Below are positions 50,826 to 61,473 of a stretch of DNA of 64,000 nt, piece by piece. The translations under genes were made by a program, and so were the position numbers. Numbering within the stretch: the first letter of the stretch is position 1; each line of letters starts with the position of its first letter. This stretch comes from an uncultured delta proteobacterium (GTDB lineage: Bacteria > Desulfobacterota > Desulfobacteria > Desulfobacterales > JAFDCJ01), in NCBI GenBank assembly GCA_963769935.1, contig CAVYNY010000016.1:320001-384000 (forward strand). Direction: 5' to 3'. Below the pieces are notes generated by a model. That model ran no database searches. It was not told the origin of the DNA and worked only from the letters and a program-made list of their open reading frames with translations.

Positions 50826-51018
50826 TCTTTTCTCCTTTCATCAATTCTAATTTTATGAAATGCCTTTGTACGTCCGGCGGCACTTTCGAAAAATCGAGGC
50901 TTTGGATTATTCCATTAAAAACGCCTTTTATTGTGCTTGGTTCCGATATTATACAATATCCGCTGTGTCAAGGTTTTTTGAATAATTTTTCGTAATCCCT
51001 AACTTTTCCGGTAAAATA

Positions 51019-53190
51019 TTAAAATGCGGTACCGACACTGAAGTGAAATACAAAAAAATCCTCATCACGCTGTGAATCACGATCGGGATTGAAGGCAAAA
51101 TCGATCCGCGCCGGTCCGACCGGCAAAAGATATTGCAGACCAAACCCCACGCCGGGACGAAAGCCTTTGAAAAAATCATCGAATGTATCGGAGATGACTT
51201 GGGAGCGGCTGTTATAGGACAGCCGGCCTTGCTCTTCCCGGGTTCGATTGGGCGCAATATTGCCGTAGTCCAGGAATAGCGTGCCGATGAGATTGCCGAT
51301 CAGGCGCTGCCGCAATTCGAGGTTGAACACATTGAATCCGTATCCGCCGACCGGGTCACCGGACGGATCCTGGGGGCCCAGCTCCGACTCCTTGAAACTG
51401 CGCACCGTGTTTTCCCCGCCGTTGAAGAATCTTTCAGACACCGGCAATGTTATCTCACCCGGTCCCGGTAAGAGAAGCCCGGTCGTATAACGCGTCCCCA
51501 GAACGGTGTTTTCGGCCACATGGAAGAAAATCCGCGCCCCTCCGGTCAAGCGCGTGAGATTAATGCCGCTGCCCAGCAGCCTGTCGGCCTGTTCAGCCGA
51601 AGCGAAAAAACGCTGGCCGGTGGTCGGAAAAAAAATATCGTTGCGGGTATCGTAGGTAACCTGCCCCTTGAGGCTGGCAAAATTGTAGCTGCCCTGCGAC
51701 TGCGCTTCAAATCTATCGACGCCTGTAATGTCGGTGGTCCGGATCATGTATTCGGCCGATGACAGCAAATTTTCAGTCAAATACCTGCTCAAGGCAAACG
51801 TCATACCGATGTCCCGGCGCGTAAACGAGGGCTCTTGGCGGTGATTGTAAAAGGCGGTCAGATCGGCCTTGATATCGGTGTTTAAAAAAAACGGATCCGA
51901 CAGGTTGGCGGACAGGGTCTGGGCTTTGATGGACCCCGTGGCCTGGGTTCGAAAAACACGGCCGGTCCCGAAAAGGTTTTTTTCCTGAAATCCCACGCGC
52001 AGCCGCAATTTTTCATAGGATCCCCAGCCCGGTTCAAAGAAAACCTCCTTGGCAAGTGCCTCTTCCACCTTGATTACCAGCACGCGTTTGGTGGGATCGT
52101 CGGTCTTTTCGAGCTCGAAGTCGACTTTGGAAAAGATCCCGGTCCGGTAAAGATCCCGGAAGCTTTCCTTCTGCAGCGCCAGATCGTAACGATCGCCGGG
52201 TTTCAGCCGGATTCGATTGCGGATGAAATCGGAATGGGTTCGCTGATTGCCCCGTATTTCAATGGCGGCAATCGTAATCTTCAGCCCGCTGTGTATGAAG
52301 GCGTCCAGCACGACCTGGCCGGGTTCACCGGCCGATCGACGCTCTATTTCAACCGCTGCATCGGGATAGCCGGTGTTGCCGTAAATTTCAAGTATGCCGG
52401 CCTGCAGAATCAGCTTTTGGCGATTGAAATACGGTCGGCCGATCAATTCCCGGCGTAATTTATCCAGGCCGCCTTGTACCGCGGAAAGCACATCGCCGCG
52501 AAAGTCGATCCGGTGCACCGTGTATCGAACCCCTTCCGTAATTTTGATCGTTATATCCACCCGACTGCGGCTCGCGTTGAATTTCAGATTCGGGTCTTCG
52601 ACCACAGCGTCCAGATAACCGTGTGCGATATAGCGCTCGCGAATCTCATCTACCGCCGCCTCGACATCCGAGCGCACGAATAAAAGTTTACCCAGATGGA
52701 GAAAACCGGCGCGATCCTTTTCAAAGTAGGCCTTTAAAACATCATTATCGAAGGCCTTGTTGCCGACTGGGATGATGCCGCGGATAATGACGCGGGGACC
52801 CTCTGAAATTAAAAAAGTTATCGTGGTCACGCCCTCTTTTGTTTGGATTTGATAATCGACCGCGGCGAAGGCATAACCGCCTTTGCGGTAGGCTATCTGC
52901 ATTTGAAAAGCGGCATCATCGATATCCGCCGGCCGGTGCCCCTCCTTATCGAAGGCCTCGAGTTCGGCGGCGGCAGCCCGGCGCAGCTCCGTTTCGCTCA
53001 GCGCCGCATTGTCCTGAAAAAGTATTTTATAAGAGTTTGCGTTTTGGGTTTCCGATTTGACTTCAGCCGCAGCCTGGGGAAGCAGGTACAAATTGGCGGC
53101 CGGCGCCGCGATGAAACAAAGCAGCACCAGCAGGCGGCGCCCACGGAGAGACAACGGCGCAATCACATGTTCAACGAAAACGAAAAACAA
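51019..53190 (-). CDS. Omp85 family outer-membrane protein (BamA/TamA-like)
   Basis: POTRA repeats, FFNGGENTVRSF lid motif, PVGPARID, C-terminal Phe; adjacent to tamB. Confidence 0.9.
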   Translation of the reverse strand: MFFVFVEHVIAPLSLRGRRLLVLLCFIAAPAANLYLLPQAAAEVKSETQNANSYKILFQDNAALSETELRRAAAAELEAFDKEGHRPADIDDAAFQMQIAYRKGGYAFAAVDYQIQTKEGVTTITFLISEGPRVIIRGIIPVGNKAFDNDVLKAYFEKDRAGFLHLGKLLFVRSDVEAAVDEIRERYIAHGYLDAVVEDPNLKFNASRSRVDITIKITEGVRYTVHRIDFRGDVLSAVQGGLDKLRRELIGRPYFNRQKLILQAGILEIYGNTGYPDAAVEIERRSAGEPGQVVLDAFIHSGLKITIAAIEIRGNQRTHSDFIRNRIRLKPGDRYDLALQKESFRDLYRTGIFSKVDFELEKTDDPTKRVLVIKVEEALAKEVFFEPGWGSYEKLRLRVGFQEKNLFGTGRVFRTQATGSIKAQTLSANLSDPFFLNTDIKADLTAFYNHRQEPSFTRRDIGMTFALSRYLTENLLSSAEYMIRTTDITGVDRFEAQSQGSYNFASLKGQVTYDTRNDIFFPTTGQRFFASAEQADRLLGSGINLTRLTGGARIFFHVAENTVLGTRYTTGLLLPGPGEITLPVSERFFNGGENTVRSFKESELGPQDPSGDPVGGYGFNVFNLELRQRLIGNLIGTLFLDYGNIAPNRTREEQGRLSYNSRSQVISDTFDDFFKGFRPGVGFGLQYLLPVGPARIDFAFNPDRDSQRDEDFFVFHFSVGTAF

Positions 53191-56100
53191 GTTTGATCCC
53201 TCCGTTGTAATAGTCGAATAGGTCCCGCTCCCCGGTAAGATACAGGCTGTCCCCCTTTAAAAAAACGCCATTGGCAATTAGAAACTGGGAATTGATCGTG
53301 TCCTCCCCCTGCTGGGTGATGCCCCTTCCGACCTCGACATCGAATCGATCCAGGATGGAATCGAAAGAATCGTCTGAATCGCTGCCGAACAGGCGCGAGA
53401 TCAGATCCCGTCCGAGAAATACGGCGATATTCAGTCCCTGGCGGCTTGTGTTCGAACGCGCACTGCTGTTTTTCGGCGGCTGCCCCGTCAGCAGGAGCAT
53501 CAGCAGCTCCTCGTTGGGCAGCGGCGGTATCGAAGACAGGGTAATGACCGGCTCATCATACGGACCGTCGATTACCGCGGTAATGTCGTAACCGAGCATG
53601 GTCGAGGTTCCGATCAAATCGAGTTTGGGGCGGTCCGGGTCCGCCTGCTCGAAACGCACCAGACCGTTTTCCAGCTGCATGCGGCCGGCCGGCAGGTACA
53701 GTCGGGTGGATTCGACATAGACCTTGCCGACCAGCAGCGGAACTTCACCGGTCCCGGTCAGCACAAGATCCGGACGAACCGCACCTCGGACCAGATTGTT
53801 GCGGATGATAAACGGCTCTTTGGCGGTTATCCGGACGTCAAAGACCATGTCCCGCAGAGGCGGGTCGCGAAAGGAAAACAGCCTAAAACCGCCCCTGCTG
53901 TCGGATTTTCCGGCGGTGGCAATCCCCTCGATGACACCGAAATTCCTGGCAAAGCGCCCATCGGTGACGGCAACCTCGCCGGCCAGCTCCAATCGCGCAA
54001 GCGGCCCTTTCAGCGTCAGGTCGGTATCGGCCCTCAGCCGCAAACTTTCGTCGCGATACAATAGGATATTTTCACCGCGAAGCCTTAAGTCGGCCGCAGA
54101 CCCGGTCGCCGTCCCCAGCTGCCAGGTCCCGGTCAGCTGAAAGGAGGCGCCCCCCAGTTCTCCGGTAAGCGAGCGGATATTCACCGCCTGCGGTGTTACC
54201 GCGGCTTCCAGGTTCAATCCCTGCAGCGAGGCCATATCAACGTCAGGCGCAAACTCGGCCTTCGACAGCTTGATGACCGCATCCGCACGCGGTGACGTTA
54301 TGGGCCCCTGCAGGGTCCCCTGCGCTTCGAGCCGGCCGGTCAAGCGGCGCACGCCGTCGACCTCCCGGGCAATCCAGCTTAAGTCGGAAACAGTCAGAGA
54401 TCCGGCGAGGTTTACCTGCCCGGTCAGCCGGTGTCCATCGGATTTGATCAACCGCGCCGGCGTCGGCGCTCCGCGCCACTGGCCTTCGGCCAGGATTTTC
54501 CAGCCCGCCGAATAGGCCTCCAGCGACTCCAGCGCCACCAGGTCGCCGTCGATTCGCACATCCCCTGTGACGGTGTAAGGCCCCGGCGGCAGCGGTCGAA
54601 TGTCGGCCGGCCGTTTCAGATCGTGCACAGCCAGATGAAGCCGGCCGGACGGACGCTCCCAAGTGCCGGTCAGATTAAGATCGCACTGGATCGATCCGCC
54701 CGTACTTGCGGCCCACGGCAGGATAAACCCCAGCACACTGGCATCGCTGATGCGGGTGCGCCCGGTCAGCGCAATTTGACCGGCTGCAAATATATTCCTG
54801 CTGAAAGGATCAAGGGGCAGCGCGCCTGCCAGGTCAATCTGCTGGCCTTTTTGTCCCAGCCATTCAAATTGATGGATTTTAAAAACCTTGTGGGCGTAAT
54901 TCAGGTTGAACCGGCCGGAAAACGCCATGGGAAACTCGGGGCTGCCGAGGTTGTCGAGGGTGCCTTCGACGGCGAAGGCAGGCGCAGCCGGTTGGCCGGC
55001 AACCTTGATGCGGGCGTTCAGGCCCTGAAACTGCAGGCGGTCCCCCACCAGCAGATCGAGCCAGCCGTCGCCGTTTAAGCCCGCTGTGCTGATCAGCAGA
55101 TTGGAGGCGCCGTCCGGTTCAAAGCGACCGTCGACGGACACCCGGCCGGCCGAGCCTGACAGGGCCAGATTCCTGAAAACCATACGGCCGTTGCGGAATA
55201 TTCGGCAGCCGGCCTCATGCTCGAGGGCCAGCAGGGTCCTGCCCCCACGGATTAGAGACGCTTTCCTGAAGGTAATGCCAAATTCGGTATCGGCCGGGCT
55301 GCGCCGGATATCGCCGGCCAGCTCGACCTGGTGCCGGCCTATGGTTGCTTCGGCCGTTTCGATTCTCAACAACCGGCCGCTGCTGCGGATTTTGGTATTT
55401 AACTTATCCAGCCGCAGAGCGTTGAAGTGGAAATTTTCAACCTGCAAATCGGCTTCAGCCTCCGGAAGCATGAGATCGCCCGCAGCCTGCAGCCGGCCCT
55501 GCAGCGACCCGGAAAGACCGGATAACGCCGCCGGCAGCCAGGGACCCTGATACGCTGCCAGATCGGCAATGGCGACCTTCAGCCGGATGTTCTCAAGCAA
55601 TTTCTGATGCAGCCGGATCGATCCGCTCAGATCCAAGCTGTCATTGAAGTTGCGAAACACCGCCGAGGAAACCTGCCAATTGTCGTCGGAAAACTTCAAA
55701 TCTATATTCGCATCACCCAAAGGAGTGCTTGCGACGCGGATTTGACGGGCCTGCAGTTTCAGACTGCCGGCGGGCCCGGTAAAAGACCCGCCAAGGTTAA
55801 CCGCGGCTTTCAAGCCGCCGTCGATGCGGACGATCTTCACCGACGACGGAAGGAACAGGGGCAGCAGATCTGAAAAATAGGGTCCCAGATCTGAAACCGA
55901 AAGCTCAACCTTGACGCTCTCAAAGGACGCGTGCGCCAAATTGATCGTACCGCGCGCGCTGGCCCGGTCTTGGCCTCTTTCCAGCACTGCCGACTCGACC
56001 GTGACGCCCTTAATGTCACCTTTCGCCCGAATCGTCAAATTGCCCAGCGCCCTGTTCCGGTAAGTCAGCGCCCGGCCGGAAATGTCGGCTGCGCCCCCGG

Positions 56101-57614
56101 GGGCCTGAAGGCTGCCGGCCACTTTTATTTGCCCCTGAACAGCGCCGCCTATGGCCGGCAGTGCGAAGATCCGGCTAAGAATTTCCACCTGCGGCAGGTC
56201 AATGCTCAAGTCGCCCGCCAGAGCCGAATCCTTGAGGGTCCGCTCTCCGATCGGCAATCCAATATCGGCCGTTTTCAGCAGGAGATGGCCGCCCTCGGCA
56301 TCCAGGCGGCCTTCGGGTATGATCAGATTACCGTCTTCCATGCGGCCGTTTAAAACCAGCCGGTGGGACGGTATCCGATCAGCGTGTCCCTCAAGCGCCA
56401 GGTCGAAAAACTTGAGCACGGCCGGGACGTCGGAGGCTTCAAGCCTCCAGTCCACCTTCAAGGACCGCAAAAATGCGTCCAGATCGTCCCCGTAGACGAT
56501 GTCCGCCGGAGCGGAGGCCTGGCGGATGGTTAACCGGTTGGGGCCGTCGGTCGTTACCAGGTTGGCCACCCGCAGCTGCCGGGGGTCGGCGCTGAACCGG
56601 AAGGCAAGTTGTTCGACAGTGGGGGAATTGATGAATGCGTTGACAACCTGGGCGCTGAGATCACTCACCAGTTCTTTGGGTTTATCAAATGGCAAATCCA
56701 GCTGCCCCTTCAGTGTCAGGCGCCCGCCGAAGGGCACCGTCGGCGGCGCCAGCAATTCGGATATGCTGCTCAAATCGATATCGCTGCCGGACAAGGCGAC
56801 CTTTAAGCGGTCGGCTGCCAGTTGGCCGGCGGCCGCCAGTCGACCGCCGGCCAGGTTGAACTTCACCTCAAAAGGCATCCGGTTCGGCAGTTCGTGCAAT
56901 TCGAAATTGGCCGATTTTACCAGCAGCTTTCCATCGATCAGCAGTTTTTCAATGCGCAGGCTTTCCCGCGAGTAGGATAGTTCGGCTGCCAGGGGAACCG
57001 CGACCGCCCGCAGAGCGGGATGATCCAGCGACCATTGCGCTGCCTGCAGCCGGAGCCGGGATGACCCCTGATCAGCAGCCTGCGCTGCCAGGGATAAGCC
57101 CCTGAAGCGGGTTTCATAGTCGGAGCCCTTGATTTGAACGGCGCTGTTTTGGACACTGATCCGCGGCAATCTCGGCGGCAAAAAGATATTTTTCAGCACA
57201 CTATTGTCATTGGAGGCGGTCGTCTCCCCGGTCAGATCGATGGACAGCCGGGCACCCTCGATGTCAATAGCGGCTCCGGCCAGGAAAGGCTGCCAGCCCT
57301 TTAAAAAATCCCACAGGCGGTAGGTCAACTTTAGGCGGTGTACTTGCAGATCGGCCAGCGGCTCGTGGGACAGGCGCTTGACCGTGGTTATGTTTTTCAG
57401 CTCTATATCCGAGAAAAAGCTACCTCCTAAATATCCGATGGATATCTGCAGCCCCAGGTTGGCGGCGGCCGTGCGTTCCAGGAATGCGATGGCATCGGGG
57501 TGCAATTAATACACCGCGCAGGGCATAAATTGCGACCAGCAGGACGATGCCGCCCACCAGCAGCCAACGGCCGATTCGCCGCGGTTTGGGTATGGATTTT
57601 TCCTCGGTTGGCAT
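53171..57614 (-). CDS. tamB: Translocation/assembly module TamB (frameshift near 57500 as assembled)
   Basis: N-terminal TM in ORF 57420-57623, long beta-rich body, DUF490-like LSSIPPLPNEELLMLLLTG near the C-terminus. Confidence 0.85.
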
Positions 57615-58047
57615 ATTTTGCAAATTCTGGGGCCGGAAAGGGGCTTTTCAGCTGAATGCGGCATAAATTGCGTCGCTGTAAAAACAACTATCGGGTTTCA
57701 ATCAGACGCTCGTTCCCCCGTGGCCTCGCAAGGCCCCGGTGATGGTCAGATGGGCGGGATTTATAGTTTGTGCATCGGATATTAAGTGATCCCAAATGAT
57801 TAGAAAACGCCCTAAATTGATCAAACGGATTTATATGATTATATATTTATTCAGTCGCTTATAATTTTCAACCCATATTTTACCGACCATGGGGATTTAG
57901 CGGACCATTGCTGCGGACAGCCTTTCGCCCCGGCACCCGCTGTCATTTTCCATTCGTATTTATGACATTTTTGAAAATATAGCAAGCGATCGATGGATTG
58001 TCACCCCGATTGCTTTATATATCTCTGAACCTTCGAACCTTGAATTC

Positions 58048-59466
58048 CTAAACCGAATACAAATAATCAAAAACCCCGTAGATCAGCTCGGTAACCTGCT
58101 GATTGCCTTCGAGCGTGCCGGCCAGTCCGTACAGGGCGGTGGTTTCGGCCGCAGTGCCGACTTTGGTTTGGGCGTATTCCACCCCGGCTCGCAGGTCTTC
58201 CAGAAAGCGCTCGGCAACCCCGGCGACAAAGGTCTGGGGCATGGTGACGCAAAAATGCAATGCCGGCGGCAATTGCAGGACATTAAAGCGCCAGCCTTTA
58301 GCTTTCATAAAGTCGTTGATATGGTAGACGTCCACCTCCTCGGAACGGAAGCTGATTACGAAGGTCGGCTCGCCGATGAGCATGAGCTCCGGGATCCCCT
58401 GGACACCCTTTTTGATTTTGTCGGCCACCGCCATGATGGCCCGCGCCGCTTTCAGGTACCCTTCTTCACCCAGATAGATCATGCTGGCCCAGGTCGCCGC
58501 CGTCAGGCCGCCGGAACGGCTGCCGGCTGCGGTCGGAGACGCATACAATCCTCCCGGCCAGTCCGGGACGTTGAAATACTGATGGCGGCGCAGATTGTTG
58601 TTGCGATAGAGTACCACCGAGGTGCCCTTCAGGGCAAAGCCGTATTTGTGGGTATCGGCCGACATGGAGGTGACGCCCGGCAGACGAAAATCAAACGGGG
58701 GTATCGCGTATCCCAGCTTCTCAATCCAGGGAAAGATAAACCCGCCCAGGCAGCCGTCCACATGGAAGCCGATATTGTGCTTCAACGCAATGTCGGAGAG
58801 CTTGTCCAGCGGATCGATCAGGCCGTAGGGGTAATTGCCGGCACTGCCGACAATGGCGGCCGTTTTTTCATTGATCCGGTCTTCGACGGCTGCCGGGTCG
58901 ACCCGGAAATCCGGCCCTGAAACAGGGATGTGCACCATCTTGATGCCGAAATATTGGTCGGCTTTATCAAAAGCCGGATGGGCCGTATGCGGCATGATGA
59001 CTTCCGGGGTGCGGATGCCTTTCTCCGTGCGGGCCCAGTCACGGTAAGCCTTCATGGCCATGAGGATGCTTTCGGTGCCGCCGGAAGTGAGGGTTCCGCA
59101 AACCTGGTCCCCGGGGGTGTGCGCTTTGACGGCATCTGCGTTGAGCATCCTGGCCGTCATGGCGATGATTTCGCTTTCCATCTTGAACATGCTCGGGCAC
59201 AAATCGAATTGAATGGTATTTTCGTGCGAGAACAGGGAGAAAACCTTGTTCAAAAAAACGCGATGCTCGTCGCCGGCATGATAAAATGTACCCGAAACCT
59301 GCCCGGATTTCCACTTGGCGTTTTCCTCTTCGGCCATAATGGCCAATTCGCCGATAATATCATCTTTGTCGCGCCCTTTGGCGGGAATTGAGCGATGCTC
59401 TGCGAACCGTCCTTTATACGGCTTAAAAGGATCGACGGGTTGGGTTTCATTGGCTTGTTCTGACAT
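58048..59466 (-). CDS. Sphingosine-1-phosphate lyase-like PLP-dependent enzyme (group II decarboxylase fold)
   Basis: VSGTFYH, TSGGTESI, HPAFDKA, HVDGCLGG, ADTHKYG (PLP Lys), WPGGLYASPT, GSRSG. Confidence 0.88.
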   Translation of the reverse strand: MSEQANETQPVDPFKPYKGRFAEHRSIPAKGRDKDDIIGELAIMAEEENAKWKSGQVSGTFYHAGDEHRVFLNKVFSLFSHENTIQFDLCPSMFKMESEIIAMTARMLNADAVKAHTPGDQVCGTLTSGGTESILMAMKAYRDWARTEKGIRTPEVIMPHTAHPAFDKADQYFGIKMVHIPVSGPDFRVDPAAVEDRINEKTAAIVGSAGNYPYGLIDPLDKLSDIALKHNIGFHVDGCLGGFIFPWIEKLGYAIPPFDFRLPGVTSMSADTHKYGFALKGTSVVLYRNNNLRRHQYFNVPDWPGGLYASPTAAGSRSGGLTAATWASMIYLGEEGYLKAARAIMAVADKIKKGVQGIPELMLIGEPTFVISFRSEEVDVYHINDFMKAKGWRFNVLQLPPALHFCVTMPQTFVAGVAERFLEDLRAGVEYAQTKVGTAAETTALYGLAGTLEGNQQVTELIYGVFDYLYSV

Positions 59467-59490
59467 AAACATCCTCCATTGAAATTATAA

Positions 59491-59602
59491 AGGGACACAG
59501 ATAAACACGGATCATACGGATATATTTGATAGCTTTTGCTATACCTCAGAAGAAAAAATAATTCACTGAAATTCTGTGCAAGTCTGTGCAAATCTGCGTC
59601 CC
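59491..59602. repeat. Palindromic element with 9-mer-like arms
   Basis: GGGACACAGATAAACACGGATCATACGGAT ... TCTGTGCAAGTCTGTGCAAATCTGCGTCCC. Confidence 0.65.
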
Positions 59603-59608
59603 GATAAA

Positions 59609-60064
59609 TTAATCCTGTAAGTTCAGTGCCGTAAAAATCTTCCTATTCCGCTTGAACAACTGGCGATACTGGGCATACATATGGTCATAAACCATCCGCT
59701 TGGATTCATCCGGTTCATACACCTTTTTTATCTTAGCCAGTTTCGGAATATCGACAAGGGAGCGATATCCCAGCACGGCGAATGCCAGAAAAGCCGTACC
59801 TCGAACCGTGGCGTAGGCCGGTTCGTCGACCTGATGAATCGGCACTCCCAGCACATCCGCATGGATTTGAGCCCACACATCGGACAAGGCTCCTCCACCT
59901 GAAAAACGGAAACTCTCGATGCGGCGTCCGATGAATTTTTCAGCCGCCTCCCGGGTCCAACGGTTGTTATAGGCCAGTCCTTCCATGACGGCCCGGCTCA
60001 TCTGACTGCGGGTGGTGCTCAAAGACAAGTTGACAAATCCTCCCCTGACATGCGGATCTTGCAT
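59609..60064 (-). pseudogene. FGGY carbohydrate kinase (xylulokinase-like), C-terminal fragment
   Basis: RGGFVNLS, RAVMEG, SGGGALSDVWAQIHADV; N-terminal portion absent. Confidence 0.8.
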
Positions 60065-60070
60065 ATGGCT

Positions 60071-61219
60071 TCACTCCCACAAAGCATCGGCGGCCAATTC
60101 ATCTGAAAATTGTCTGAAGGGCATAACATCGATTCCATCCTGGGTTTTCATGGCCGGCCCCCGGGGGTAGACGACTATTCGGCGCCGTAATCCATCAAGC
60201 GTTTCGATGACGCGCAGGCCCTTGCACCATGAATTTTTAAAGGTTCGACCGGATTTTACCTCTACGGCGATCAGCTCCGAGCCTCGGATCAGGATGAAAT
60301 CCACTTCCTGCGTGGCTCGACCCGAAGGAGCCCAGTAAAATATGTCGTCGCATAGGCTGCGGTAGTCCTTGTATGCTCGCAGCAACTGAGCCACCAGTCC
60401 CTCGAACAAGGCGCCTTCCTCCTCCGGTGCCAGCGGCCCCGCAGTGCGCTTCATTGCCCTGACAATGCCGGGGTCGCACCAATACCATTTAGGCAGTTTC
60501 CGCTCGCGTACGCGCAGCTTGGCTTCATATGCGGGCAGCCTGAAACAGAGAAGGGTTTCTTCAAGAATGTCGAGGTATCCTGTTACCGTTGTTCGTGCCA
60601 CGCCGGCTTCACGCGCGATGTTGGTCACATTGATATTCTGTCCGTGAAAAAGGGCGGCAATCGGCAGAAAACGGGCAAACCCCGGCAGGTTGCGGACGAG
60701 GGCCTCTGCCTGGATCTCTTCTTTAAGGTAAAGCTGCACGTAGGCGGAAAGTGTTTCCTGGCTGGCAGTCGAGTCCCACACAATGGGCAGAGAACCATAC
60801 TGCATGATCTCTTCCAGGTCGAATTCTTCACCAATTTCCTCGGGGACGAAGGGGTGCATGAATCGGCGCAGGGCCCTGCCTGCCAGCAGGTTGACTCCGG
60901 CGCGTTTGAGTTTACGGGCACTCGAACCACATAGGATGAATTTTAGCCGCTTCTCTTCGATAAACCGCTGCACTTCGTTGAGAAGATTCGGCAGCCGCTG
61001 CACCTCGTCCACAAGCACCCAACGGCCGGTTGGAACCGTGCGCAGTTCATCCGCAAATTGACCCGGGTTAGCCAGCAGCCGCTGGTAGGTTTCCTCGGAC
61101 AGAAGGTCGACCACATGGGCATCCGGGAATATGGCTTTGAGCCAGGTACTCTTACCGGACCCACGTGGACCCAAAAGGAAAAAGCTCTGTTGCGGGATAT
61201 TTACGATTCTATTTAGCAT
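60071..61219 (-). CDS. AAA_14 ATPase with DUF4143 C-terminal domain
   Basis: GPRGSGKS, VDEVQ, CGSS, LAGR, EVDF...AVEVKS. Confidence 0.92.
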   Translation of the reverse strand: MLNRIVNIPQQSFFLLGPRGSGKSTWLKAIFPDAHVVDLLSEETYQRLLANPGQFADELRTVPTGRWVLVDEVQRLPNLLNEVQRFIEEKRLKFILCGSSARKLKRAGVNLLAGRALRRFMHPFVPEEIGEEFDLEEIMQYGSLPIVWDSTASQETLSAYVQLYLKEEIQAEALVRNLPGFARFLPIAALFHGQNINVTNIAREAGVARTTVTGYLDILEETLLCFRLPAYEAKLRVRERKLPKWYWCDPGIVRAMKRTAGPLAPEEEGALFEGLVAQLLRAYKDYRSLCDDIFYWAPSGRATQEVDFILIRGSELIAVEVKSGRTFKNSWCKGLRVIETLDGLRRRIVVYPRGPAMKTQDGIDVMPFRQFSDELAADALWE

Positions 61220-61473
61220 AACCTGATAAGGTCGTCGTCAAATTTCCATGAAATTTGACGATAACCTTATCCAAATTTAATAAAATGTCAAGTACACTAT
61301 TTTGGCTTTGCATAGGCAATTCTTTATTCGGGAGTGCAAGCAGCGCTGAATTCCCACTGCCTAGTAAGAAATCCTGGCCCTGACCGTTTTTAACATAAAC
61401 CTAATTTTAACTATTTTTTCTAGTCAGGACAGAAATGCTTTAAATTCTCAGTAAGTCGCACCAGGGCGGGCCA

